This document shows, one piece after another, positions 26,741-35,167 of a DNA stretch of 50,196 nt; position 1 is the stretch's first letter; each line of letters starts with the position of its first letter. Origin of the DNA: a virus (Duplodnaviria; Caudoviricetes); the IMG/VR virus record IMGVR_UViG_3300036832_000479, positions 1-50,196 of that record; one strand, given 5' to 3'. The notes under the pieces are model-generated. The model saw only the letters and a program-made list of their open reading frames with translations, ran no database searches and had not been told where the DNA came from. Both the position numbers and the translations under genes were made by a program.

Positions 26741-28642
26741 ATGGCGCAAACCTACGGCACGATCCTGACCCCGGCTGGGGTTACGGCGTTCGCCAACGCC
26801 GCGACGAATGGCACCAAGGTTGCGATCAGCTTTGCCGGGATCGGCGATGGCAACGGCGCTGAATATCTGCCGGCGGATGGGCAAACGGCGCTCAAAAATC
26901 AGGTTTATAATTGCCCGGTTAATTCGATGTACATCGATCCGTCAAATCCGAACTGGATTGACGTCGACATATATCTAGCGGAAACCGTGGGCGGCTGGTT
27001 TATCCGGGAAGTCTCGATCGAGGACAATAATCATGTCCCGCTCGCAATTGGCACATACCCAAGCAGTTATAAGCCCGTGACCGGCGCCGGCTCGGCGGTT
27101 GGAACGTATATTAAATTCGTCATGCAGGTAACGAACGCATCGCTTGCCACTCTCACCATCGACCCATCGGTTGTCCTGGCAACCCGGCAGTATGTGGACG
27201 CACAGGACGCGAAGGATCTGCCGCTGACCGGTGGGACGCTGACCGGCTCGCTCGATATCGCTCCAGCGAGCGGGCCAGCCAATCTCGGAATCGACGCGGC
27301 GGCGGACGCGACGCAAATCACTTTCCGCAAAGGTCCCGGCAAAGGGGCCTATATCGTCAGCGCAACAGGGAGCAGCGTTCGCTGGTCAATGCAGCTTGGC
27401 GATGGTGGGGCCGAAGGCGGCAGCAATGCCGGGTCAGATTTCCGGCTTGTGCGCTTTAACGACAGCGGCGCGGTCATCGATCAGCCTTTGGTTATTAACC
27501 GCGCGACGGGAAAGGTACAGCTAACCCAAAATCTTGCAATCGGCGGATATATAGAACCGGCTGGCAATGCACCTGTGGGCGTTCTCTGGGGAAATACATT
27601 TAATGGCGTCTACTTCAACGGCAATTTATATAGCGACGGCACTAATTGGCGGGCAATGGCGACCGGCTATGCTTCATCGTTCTCGGTGCCACGCGGCGGC
27701 GTGGGAACCTATACTTGGTATGGAACGACCGCATCGATCTCGGCTGGTACGGTTGCAGCGTTAAGCTTGCTTGCCACACTGACACCGAAAGCCAACTTCA
27801 CGGTCGGCCCATATACAGAGCCAGCTAATATTGCAGCGCAGGGCGGCGATATATTCGCGAAGAGCTTTCACGGGGTAAATGTCGGCGGCAATTCCTATTA
27901 CGATGGCACGCAATCCAGGGCGATTGCTGCGGGCTATGTTTCGTCGTACTCATTCCCGCAGTCAACTAACGGGAGCTATATTTGGGCAATTAGTCCGGTG
28001 CAGCAAGCGGCGGATGCTCCTGCCGGGTTTAACAATGTCATGACGCTCGACCAGACGGCCAATTTGACGCTTAACGGCTTAAGCGCGTCGAACCCGACTA
28101 TAACGTTAAACGCGTTTCCCTCGCCACAAGCCAACTACCTGCAAGGGCGCAAGAACGGCGTTCCACGTTGGACAATCTCGCCCGGCGACGGGACCGCCGA
28201 GGGCGGCAGCAATGCAGGATCGCTCTTTCTCATAAACTCAAATAACGATGCGGGAACCTACAATTTCACGCTAATGGGCGGCAGCCGTGCCAACGGAGTC
28301 GCGACATTCCCGCAACCCATCGTTAACGGTTCCGACTCGCGTCTCAAAGATCACGTGCGACCGATCAAGCACGCGCTGGAAACCGTCGAGCGGCTTAAGG
28401 GCGTTTCCTTCCATCGGCTCGGCCAAGACAAGGATACGCGCGAGATTGGATTCCTGGCGCAGGATTTGCGTGAAATCGTGCCGGAAAGCGTGCAGGAATC
28501 GAGCCTCACGCTAGCGCAGGTGGGCGGCAAAGGCGACGATCCCATGCTTGCCGTTTCCTACGGCCCGATGGTCGCGCTGCTCGCCGAAGCCGTAAAAGAG
28601 CTGTCCGCCAAGGTCAAGGAGTTGGAGGCCAAGCTGAAATGA
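26741..28642 (+). CDS. Tail fibre 2 with C-terminal S74-type intramolecular chaperone
   Basis: Same gpH-type anchor; SDSRLK...IGFLAQD...PESV and terminal coiled coil; AAGGAG RBS before ATG 26741. Confidence 0.9.
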   Translation: MAQTYGTILTPAGVTAFANAATNGTKVAISFAGIGDGNGAEYLPADGQTALKNQVYNCPVNSMYIDPSNPNWIDVDIYLAETVGGWFIREVSIEDNNHVPLAIGTYPSSYKPVTGAGSAVGTYIKFVMQVTNASLATLTIDPSVVLATRQYVDAQDAKDLPLTGGTLTGSLDIAPASGPANLGIDAAADATQITFRKGPGKGAYIVSATGSSVRWSMQLGDGGAEGGSNAGSDFRLVRFNDSGAVIDQPLVINRATGKVQLTQNLAIGGYIEPAGNAPVGVLWGNTFNGVYFNGNLYSDGTNWRAMATGYASSFSVPRGGVGTYTWYGTTASISAGTVAALSLLATLTPKANFTVGPYTEPANIAAQGGDIFAKSFHGVNVGGNSYYDGTQSRAIAAGYVSSYSFPQSTNGSYIWAISPVQQAADAPAGFNNVMTLDQTANLTLNGLSASNPTITLNAFPSPQANYLQGRKNGVPRWTISPGDGTAEGGSNAGSLFLINSNNDAGTYNFTLMGGSRANGVATFPQPIVNGSDSRLKDHVRPIKHALETVERLKGVSFHRLGQDKDTREIGFLAQDLREIVPESVQESSLTLAQVGGKGDDPMLAVSYGPMVALLAEAVKELSAKVKELEAKLK

Positions 28643-28833
28643 TCGAGTCCGGGTTCCTCCTGCGCCGCGCGCGCGCCCTGGCCGCAGACGCCGAGCAGAG
28701 GCCGTGGACGCGTGAAAGCGTGGTCGGCTGGATTGCACTCGCGACCCGAACCGCACTCGCCACAGGCGACCAGGAGGCCGCTGACGCGCTATCCTGGATA
28801 CTGCGCGGCGTGCGCTGCCGGGAGGAAATATGA
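28639..28833 (+). CDS. Hypothetical protein
   Basis: ATGA overlaps on both sides. Confidence 0.5.
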   Translation: MIESGFLLRRARALAADAEQRPWTRESVVGWIALATRTALATGDQEAADALSWILRGVRCREEI

Positions 28834-29051
28834 TCAGGCCGTCAACCGACCTCGCGACGTGGATGGCGTGGCTCGACCGATTCAAGATCGGGCACGAATG
28901 CCTGGGCGCAGACGACAACCCCTATGGGTGGCCCGGCATCGTCCTGGAACTGGCATCCGGTGAGGGCAACGTGCTCGGCCACAAGGGCCGCCGGGCGTCG
29001 CTGCGCTTCGATCAGGAGGGCAGTTTCCAAGGGCTCTACCTTTGGGGTTAG
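28830..29051 (+). CDS. Hypothetical protein
   Basis: GGAGG RBS, ATGA overlap. Confidence 0.55.
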   Translation: MIRPSTDLATWMAWLDRFKIGHECLGADDNPYGWPGIVLELASGEGNVLGHKGRRASLRFDQEGSFQGLYLWG

Positions 29052-29067
29052 CACGGGACTCACGAAA

Positions 29068-29333
29068 TGGTAGATAATTTGGTAGATAATCGATCCAGCC
29101 GCCGAGGCAAAACGTTTTATAACAACAGGTTACGCTGCATTGTGGCGTTCTCGGCAAGAACGCGAAACGGTATCACGGGCATTCCCGGAATATCCCGGAA
29201 CGTCCCGCTGGATCATCAGGATGGCCTTATAATCGTTGGGGTTTTTCGCGTCGGCCGCTAAAAACGGGCAAATTTGGCAGATTGCCTGGGGCGCCGCGGT
29301 GAGCGTCTATCTGGTAGACAATTGGTAGAGAGT
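29068..29333. other. attP: arm-type repeats, IHF-like site and tRNA-3'-end core
   Basis: TGGTAGA repeats at 29068, 29080, 29312, 29323; TAACAACAGGTTA at 29120; reverse strand of 29143-29160 reads TTCTTGCCGAGAACGCCA; next to integrase. Confidence 0.75.
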
Positions 29334-29378
29334 TGGGTTATCCCTTCGGCGAGCACATGCCAGAAAGGGACTTAACCG

Positions 29379-30692
29379 ATGCGCGCGAAACTCACGGCCA
29401 TATCCGTTGCCAATGCCAAATGTCCACCCGGTCAGGCCCGGCTCGAAATTCACGACACCGGAACCGCAGGCTTTGGGCTCCGCGTCGGAAAGAAGGGCGG
29501 GAGCTATTTCGTCCGTGGCCGCGCCAATGGCGTCCAGATCGATATGGCAATCGGCAGCGCGAGCAAGCTGACCCTCGCCGAAGCCCGTGCGACCGCTGTC
29601 GCCGCGATGGATTTGATGAGCCAGGGTATCGACCCGCGGACGAAGAAGCCGACCACTGATTCAGTGGCAAGCGAGGACGATCCGGACGCAGAAGACGCCG
29701 GCACCGTCGCCCATGCCGTCAGGCTTATCATGCAGCGCTATTTCCGGCCCGCTGGGCGGCCTGCGCGTCCGGTCGCGGACGACGTGCAGGGATACTTTAG
29801 ACGGCACGTGCTGCCCGCCTGGGGGGCGCGGCCGATCGGCTCCATCACCGAGGACGACGTGACGACGCTGCTGATCGAGGCCCGCGCGCAGATCCTGGCG
29901 ACGCACGCTGGCAGCAACCGCCCGATCCTCGCGGGCGGCGATGGAGCGATTGCCGGGCTGGCGACTTATATCCGGCGCCTGTTCTCGTGGGCGCAGATGC
30001 AACCGGAATTCAAGCGTCTGCTCCCGACCCTCCCGACTTTGAGCAAAAAGCGGCTGGGGGTGCCGGTCGGTCGCAAGCGGTCGCGCATTCTAAGCGACGC
30101 CGAGCTCACCCGCGTCTGGCAGTTCGCCGATGAGCGGCCCTATCCGTTCGGTCCCTGGATGCAACTCATGATCCTGACCGGGCAGCGGCGATCCGAAGTG
30201 GCGAACATGCGGTGGGCCGATCTGGACCTACAGGCCGGGCTCTGGATTCAGCAAGGCGACGAACTGACCGGGAGACGGGCGAACAAATCCGACCGGCGGC
30301 ACGAGCTGCCACTATCGCCGGCCGCGGTGCAAATCCTGCGCGCGGTGCAGCGGATCAATTTCAGGCGCTCGGAATTCGTTTTCACCTTCACCGGGCAGGC
30401 GGGCGTTACCGGCTTCACCGAAATCAAGCGGCTAGTCGACGAAGCGACCGGCATTCAGCCGCGGTGGACCTTCCACGATCTGCGGCGGACGCTTGCCACG
30501 CGGGTTGCGAACGACGTCCGTGACGGTGCTGATTTCGGCTTCGGTGCGCAGATCGCCGACGATATCCTGAACCACGCGTTCGATAGCAACTACAACGTGA
30601 CCCGCAATCTTAGGAAGATGCGTCGCGCGCTTGACGCCTGGGCGGACTACGTCGCGGCCGCGGTCGCGCAGGATCAGGAAGCCGCGGCCTAG
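29379..30692 (+). CDS. int: Tyrosine integrase with N-terminal arm-binding domain
   Basis: GFGLRV arm domain; TGQRRSE, NKS, HDLRRT, LNH, Y catalytic residues. Confidence 0.95.
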   Translation: MRAKLTAISVANAKCPPGQARLEIHDTGTAGFGLRVGKKGGSYFVRGRANGVQIDMAIGSASKLTLAEARATAVAAMDLMSQGIDPRTKKPTTDSVASEDDPDAEDAGTVAHAVRLIMQRYFRPAGRPARPVADDVQGYFRRHVLPAWGARPIGSITEDDVTTLLIEARAQILATHAGSNRPILAGGDGAIAGLATYIRRLFSWAQMQPEFKRLLPTLPTLSKKRLGVPVGRKRSRILSDAELTRVWQFADERPYPFGPWMQLMILTGQRRSEVANMRWADLDLQAGLWIQQGDELTGRRANKSDRRHELPLSPAAVQILRAVQRINFRRSEFVFTFTGQAGVTGFTEIKRLVDEATGIQPRWTFHDLRRTLATRVANDVRDGADFGFGAQIADDILNHAFDSNYNVTRNLRKMRRALDAWADYVAAAVAQDQEAAA

Positions 30693-30859
30693 GGCTGGCA
30701 GCTAGCAAGCAGGCGAAACACTTCCACGGCCTTGGCATGGCTGACGACCAAATCGACCACCAGCCGGCTCATGGTCGGCTCGTCGGGAAGCCAAGTCACC
30801 TGCGCGGTCCCTGTGAGATTTCCTGGGGGCGCGTCCGGACGCACGTCATCGGTTGCCAT
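30689..30859 (-). CDS. Hypothetical protein, 56 aa
   Basis: GGGAG RBS; MATDDVRPDAPP... translated by hand; converges on int. Confidence 0.45.
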   Translation of the reverse strand: MATDDVRPDAPPGNLTGTAQVTWLPDEPTMSRLVVDLVVSHAKAVEVFRLLASCQP

Positions 30860-30885
30860 TGGGTTACTCCCTTTGAGGCTGAGCG

Positions 30886-31086
30886 CTAGTCGCGGACCGG
30901 CTCGCCGGCATCGGCAATCGATCGCTCAAGCTTGGCGATCTGAGCGTCAATCGTCTCGCGCTTGCGCCGTGCGACGATGAGGGCTCGCCGCATCGCGCTG
31001 ATGATGGGCCGTGGCAAGCCATTTCCTGTCGACCGGATTTTGACCATCACTTTTCGTCCCTCAAAATCGCGTTGGTTTTTTAGCAC
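30886..31086 (-). CDS. Hypothetical small basic coiled-coil protein
   Basis: ORF track; start uncertain. Confidence 0.4.
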   Translation of the reverse strand: MLKNQRDFEGRKVMVKIRSTGNGLPRPIISAMRRALIVARRKRETIDAQIAKLERSIADAGEPVRD

Positions 31087-31105
31087 CGTTTAGCTATTGA
31101 TCGCT

Positions 31106-31291
31106 ATGGCGAAGCGAAAGCTCGGCGCGACGCTTGACAAATGCGCGCGGTGTGGCAGCCGTGGGCGGGCGATCGAATGGGAGCCGAGCCGGAAGACGTG
31201 GGTTTGTCCGGCCTGCGAAGCCGGCATCTGGGAGCTGGAAGGAACGAATAATGACAAACGAAGAACTGATCGTAGCACTCGCCGACGTTAA
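31106..31291 (+). CDS. Small zinc-ribbon protein
   Basis: CARCG...WVCPACE. Confidence 0.55.
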   Translation: MAKRKLGATLDKCARCGSRGRAIEWEPSRKTWVCPACEAGIWELEGTNNDKRRTDRSTRRR

Positions 31292-31547
31292 TTTTCGATA
31301 TGCCAAGACGATGCCGCAATGGCCGCACTGGTATATCGTCAAGGCGACAAGCGACCCGGAAATATATAAGGCGTTATTTGACGCCTGGAAAGCAGGGCGC
31401 ACGTGGGAGACGTTCAAGGGCCGCAGGCGTGGCTATCTGTACCTGGGCGACGGTTATAAATATTGGGCGATGGAAGAAAATTATGAGGACGCGACGGTGA
31501 TCAATCGCTCGGAAGCGAAGTCGAACGCCGAGCTAGGATTCGCGTGA
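31251..31547 (+). CDS. Conserved hypothetical protein (AKTMPQWPHWY motif)
   Basis: AAGGA RBS; motif plus GYKYWAM...VINR; GTGA overlap with next gene. Confidence 0.7.
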   Translation: MTNEELIVALADVNFRYAKTMPQWPHWYIVKATSDPEIYKALFDAWKAGRTWETFKGRRRGYLYLGDGYKYWAMEENYEDATVINRSEAKSNAELGFA

Positions 31548-32701
31548 CCACCTATTCGGCAGCGACGGTGTTCGACGCCGCGCTTGACCGGATACGCTGG
31601 GTCTATGACCACACCGACGATCTGATCGTGTCGATGTCGGGTGGGAAGGACTCCACCGTCATGTACGAGCTGGCGCGGATCGTCGCCGCCGAACGCGGCC
31701 GCCTGCCGCTCAAATGCTTCTGGCTCGACCAGGAAGCCGAGTGGCAATCCACGGTGGATTACATGCAGGCCGTGATGCACGAGCCTGATGTCAAGCCCTA
31801 CTGGTTCCAGGTGCCGTTCCGGCTCACCAACTCGATGTCGTTCACCAACTCCTATCTGCACGCCTGGGCGCCGGAGGACCGCGAGCGCTGGATTCACCCG
31901 CAGGACCCGGTGGCGATCACCCGCAACCCGACCAACTCCGATCGGTTCTATACGCTCGTCAAGCAGCTCCCGCTTTACTGCGGCGTGCGGTATCGCAAGC
32001 ATGTCGGAATCCTGATCGGGCTGAGGATGAGCGAAAGCGGCAACCGGCGCATGATGCTCATGACGCCGCGCGTGCCCTACGGCGGGATCAACTGGTGCAG
32101 GAAAGCCACGAACAACACGCGCGGCTTCTACCCGATTTACGACTGGAGCGACCAGGATATATGGACGGCCATCGCCAAGCACGATTGGACGTACAACCGG
32201 GTCTATGACCAGTTTTACCGTTACGGACTGGCGCCGGCCAAGATGCGGGTTTCGGCGCTGATCCACGAGACGTCGTGGCGTTCGATCGATCGCCTGCACG
32301 AAATCGAGCCGGCCACCTACGATCGATTCCTTGACCGGCTGTCCGGTGCGAACTGCTTCGCGCAGTTCGGCGAAGATATCATGGTGTACAAGCTGCCACC
32401 CACGTTCGCGGACTGGCGCGAGTATCGCGACTATCTCCTTGAACACCTGATCGCACCTGAAAAGCAGGCGATTTTCCGGCGTCGCTGGGGCCACAAGAAG
32501 GGCGGCGAAGACGAGCGCTGGCTGAAAATCCAGGTCAAGGAAGTGATGCTGAACGACGTTGATGGCACGTTCGCCAACAACGCGTTTGCCGGCTTCAGGG
32601 CCAAGGACTTCGTCGACAGCGGCGCGCGGGATGCCCGTAGAGCCGAACGCTTCCAGAAATTTCTGACGGAGGACGCTGCCCGTGGCAAGCTGGGACTATG
32701 A
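31544..32701 (+). CDS. ibrA: PAPS-reductase-fold (PP-loop) protein, IbrA/YbdN-like
   Basis: SGGKDS PP-loop, DQEAEW, GLRMSES..R, YPIYDW...DIW, YNRVYD, MRVSALIHE. Confidence 0.85.
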   Translation: MTTYSAATVFDAALDRIRWVYDHTDDLIVSMSGGKDSTVMYELARIVAAERGRLPLKCFWLDQEAEWQSTVDYMQAVMHEPDVKPYWFQVPFRLTNSMSFTNSYLHAWAPEDRERWIHPQDPVAITRNPTNSDRFYTLVKQLPLYCGVRYRKHVGILIGLRMSESGNRRMMLMTPRVPYGGINWCRKATNNTRGFYPIYDWSDQDIWTAIAKHDWTYNRVYDQFYRYGLAPAKMRVSALIHETSWRSIDRLHEIEPATYDRFLDRLSGANCFAQFGEDIMVYKLPPTFADWREYRDYLLEHLIAPEKQAIFRRRWGHKKGGEDERWLKIQVKEVMLNDVDGTFANNAFAGFRAKDFVDSGARDARRAERFQKFLTEDAARGKLGL

Positions 32702-33401
32702 CGGCTCGATCGATCGGTGGCCGGTAAAACCTGAGCAGCTCTGGGAGTGCCAGCGCGGCCGCGTCATGGCGCACGATCTCTGCGCGGGTACGCCGAATCA
32801 TATGCTCGCGGCCGACTGCATTTTTGTCGACCCGCCATACAACCTTGCAGCGCTTAACGCTTTCCGCACCAAGGCTGGAATCAAGGAAAAAAGCGAATCG
32901 TTCGAATGGTTTTTCAAGGCGCTTTTCAGGACCATCGACACGATCAAGCCGCGGACCTGCTTCATCGAAATCGGCCGGCAATATCTTCCAGCAACGGAAA
33001 TCGCGCTGCGCGAACGCTTTCCCTATGTCGAGCACTGGCGCGGGACCTACTATCACACGCCGACAAATGTCTGCTGGATCGTCCGCGGCGGCAATGAACG
33101 GGCGACGCTCGACCTGGAAGGGGTAGACGAAGCCGACGCGGTCGCGGAAATCTGTCGCCAGGAGGCATTCGAGACGATCGCCGATCCGTGCATGGGCCGC
33201 GGCCTTGTCGGCATTAACGCCTACAAGGCGCAACGGCGGTTTGTCGGAACCGAGCTGAACGCGTCGCGGCTCGCCGTGATGATCAACGCTATCCACAAAC
33301 TCGGAGGGGATTGGCATGTCGACGGCACCCGATATGAGCCACAACCCGGTGTCAAACGTCCGGTGGGTGCCGATCGAAAAAATTCACGCCAACAACTATA
33401 A
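32682..33401 (+). CDS. Amino (N6A/N4C)-type methyltransferase, beta-class motif order
   Basis: DPPY motif IV precedes DPCMGRG SAM-binding motif I and FVGTEL. Confidence 0.75.
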   Translation: MASWDYDGSIDRWPVKPEQLWECQRGRVMAHDLCAGTPNHMLAADCIFVDPPYNLAALNAFRTKAGIKEKSESFEWFFKALFRTIDTIKPRTCFIEIGRQYLPATEIALRERFPYVEHWRGTYYHTPTNVCWIVRGGNERATLDLEGVDEADAVAEICRQEAFETIADPCMGRGLVGINAYKAQRRFVGTELNASRLAVMINAIHKLGGDWHVDGTRYEPQPGVKRPVGADRKNSRQQL

Positions 33402-34053
33402 TCCAAATTCCGTCGCGCTGATGGAAATGAAATTACTCTATACGTCGATCAAGCACGACGGCTATACTATGCCGATTGTGACGATATACAACAAAATCAA
33501 GGACCGTTACGAGATCGTGGACGGATTTCACCGCTACAGTATTATGCGGCGCTATCCGGACATCCGCGAGCGTAACCACGGCCTGTTGCCGGTCGTGGTT
33601 ATCGATAAGGACGTGAACGATCGCATGGCGTCGACGATCCGTCACAACCGCGCGCGTGGCCGGCACTCTATCGACGGCATGTCTAACCTTGTCGTGCAGA
33701 TGCTCAATAACGGCTGGTCTGACGATCGCGTGCGGGACGAACTCGGCCTGGAGCCGGAGGAACTGACCCGGCTCAAGCACGTGACCGGCTACGCCAAGTT
33801 TTTCCTGGATGGCGAATTCTCACGGGCGATCGAATTGCCCCAGCACACCGAAAGGACACCGACCTATGAGCGAGATCGCGCCGCTGCTGCCCATGCCGGA
33901 AACGGCGATCGTCACGAAGCTGGCGCTGGTGCCGCTGGCGAAAATCAAGCCGTACCACCGCAACGTCCGGATCAACGACGAAACCGTGAGCCGGCTGGTC
34001 GAGCTAATCCCAAAAGTCGGGTTCAACGTCCCGCTGGTGCTCGACCGAAATAA
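33316..34053 (+). CDS. ibrB: ParB/sulfiredoxin-domain protein, IbrB/YbdM-like
   Basis: ANNYNPN, DGYTMPIV, IVDGFHR, ASTIRHNRARG.H; GGAGGG RBS. Confidence 0.88.
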   Translation: MSTAPDMSHNPVSNVRWVPIEKIHANNYNPNSVALMEMKLLYTSIKHDGYTMPIVTIYNKIKDRYEIVDGFHRYSIMRRYPDIRERNHGLLPVVVIDKDVNDRMASTIRHNRARGRHSIDGMSNLVVQMLNNGWSDDRVRDELGLEPEELTRLKHVTGYAKFFLDGEFSRAIELPQHTERTPTYERDRAAAAHAGNGDRHEAGAGAAGENQAVPPQRPDQRRNREPAGRANPKSRVQRPAGARPK

Positions 34054-34489
34054 CACGATCGTCAAAGGTCATGCCCGGTGGAAGGCGGCCGTCAAGCTCG
34101 GCCTCGCCAAGATCCCGTGCGTCTACACCGACGCCGATGACGAGACGATCAAGCTCGACCGGCTGGCCGATAACCGGGTGCAGGAATTCACCCAATGGGA
34201 TGACGAGATGTTGGCGAGCGAACTGGCGTCGCTTAACCTGGACGTCGACGTGGACAGCCTGCTCGAAAGCCTGGATTTCGTGGTGGAGCAGATCGAGATT
34301 GACGAAGCCGAGCCGGAGCCGGATGAACCGGACGAAGCCGAGCCTGACGCAGACGACGAAAACCAGCCGGCGCCGCGGGCCGCAGCTCCGCAGCCGGAGG
34401 ACATCCGGAAATATACCGAGATCACCTGCTCAAAATGCGGGTACGTGATGTTCATCAAGGGCGGTGAAGCGGCCACGGACGAACGCTGA
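33866..34489 (+). CDS. Second ParB-N domain protein with acidic linker and C-terminal CxxC
   Basis: KPYHRNVR, GFNVPLV, IVKGHAR, LADNR...WD, TCSKCG; AAGGA RBS before ATG 33866. Confidence 0.85.
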   Translation: MSEIAPLLPMPETAIVTKLALVPLAKIKPYHRNVRINDETVSRLVELIPKVGFNVPLVLDRNNTIVKGHARWKAAVKLGLAKIPCVYTDADDETIKLDRLADNRVQEFTQWDDEMLASELASLNLDVDVDSLLESLDFVVEQIEIDEAEPEPDEPDEAEPDADDENQPAPRAAAPQPEDIRKYTEITCSKCGYVMFIKGGEAATDER

Positions 34490-34540
34490 AAAAGGGGGTA
34501 TGGTGCCGGCCGTCGCACGACGTTAACCGGAGGAAACACC

Positions 34541-34936
34541 ATGCCTCAAACGTATCTGGTCGTGGTCGAGCCGATCAATATGGGCTCGCCACCGCCCGCT
34601 ATCATGCCGCCGATCTTCTACCCGCCTCACCTGCCGACGCTGCCCAATCCTCAACCGCCGCTCTGGGGTGGCGGCGGACAACCCTATCCGCCGGGTGGCG
34701 GCGGCGGCGGCGGTCCTGGTCCCTCGCCGATGCCGCCAATCTGGATTCCGCCGGGCTATGTGATGCCGCCGATCATGGTGGACGGAAAACCGACGCCGCC
34801 GATCACGATCCCGCCCGAAGGCGGCTGGGTCATGCCGCCCATGGCACCGGGTGGACAACCGACACATCCGATGGACCCGGGCGGGCAACCGACGCACCCG
34901 ATTGCCGGGCCGCCGCAACCGTCACCGAAGGGATAA
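34541..34936 (+). CDS. Proline/glycine-rich low-complexity protein
   Basis: GGAGG RBS; repeats MPPI and PGGQPTHP; genome-typical codon use. Confidence 0.75.
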   Translation: MPQTYLVVVEPINMGSPPPAIMPPIFYPPHLPTLPNPQPPLWGGGGQPYPPGGGGGGGPGPSPMPPIWIPPGYVMPPIMVDGKPTPPITIPPEGGWVMPPMAPGGQPTHPMDPGGQPTHPIAGPPQPSPKG

Positions 34937-34965
34937 CGAACCCGGGGAAATAACGAACCCGGGGA
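34933..34965. repeat. Tandem 16-bp repeat ATAACGAACCCGGGGA x2
   Basis: Copies at 34933-34948 and 34950-34965 between convergent genes. Confidence 0.85.
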
Positions 34966-35167
34966 TGGCGAGCCGGATCAGTAGGATTCGTGCTCGTCAT
35001 CCTCTGGGTCGATGCGCATGGCATAGGCGACGTATGCGCCGGCCACGAGGACCAGGGCCACCAGCACAATCAGGGTGAGGGCAAGGTAGTGCCACATCAG
35101 CCGCGGCCCGCCGCTGGCGGCCGGAATAGACCTTGCATATTTTACCCTTGTTTTGCAGATTGCCACA

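Noticed and set aside
25345-28642. Invertible tail-fibre switch (Gin/Cin-type)
   Set aside because: Fibres are direct tandem full-length genes; no invertase or inverted crossover sites seen
29143-29160. tRNA gene
   Set aside because: Only 18 bp of a 3' end; no D or anticodon arms; treated as the attP core
31544-32701. Auxiliary metabolic cysH (sulfate assimilation)
   Set aside because: Lacks the C-terminal ECGLH motif of true PAPS reductases; motifs and neighbours match IbrA/YbdN
33316-34489. ParB genes as a plasmid-prophage partition system
   Set aside because: No ParA ATPase; IbrAB context; phage has integrase and attP
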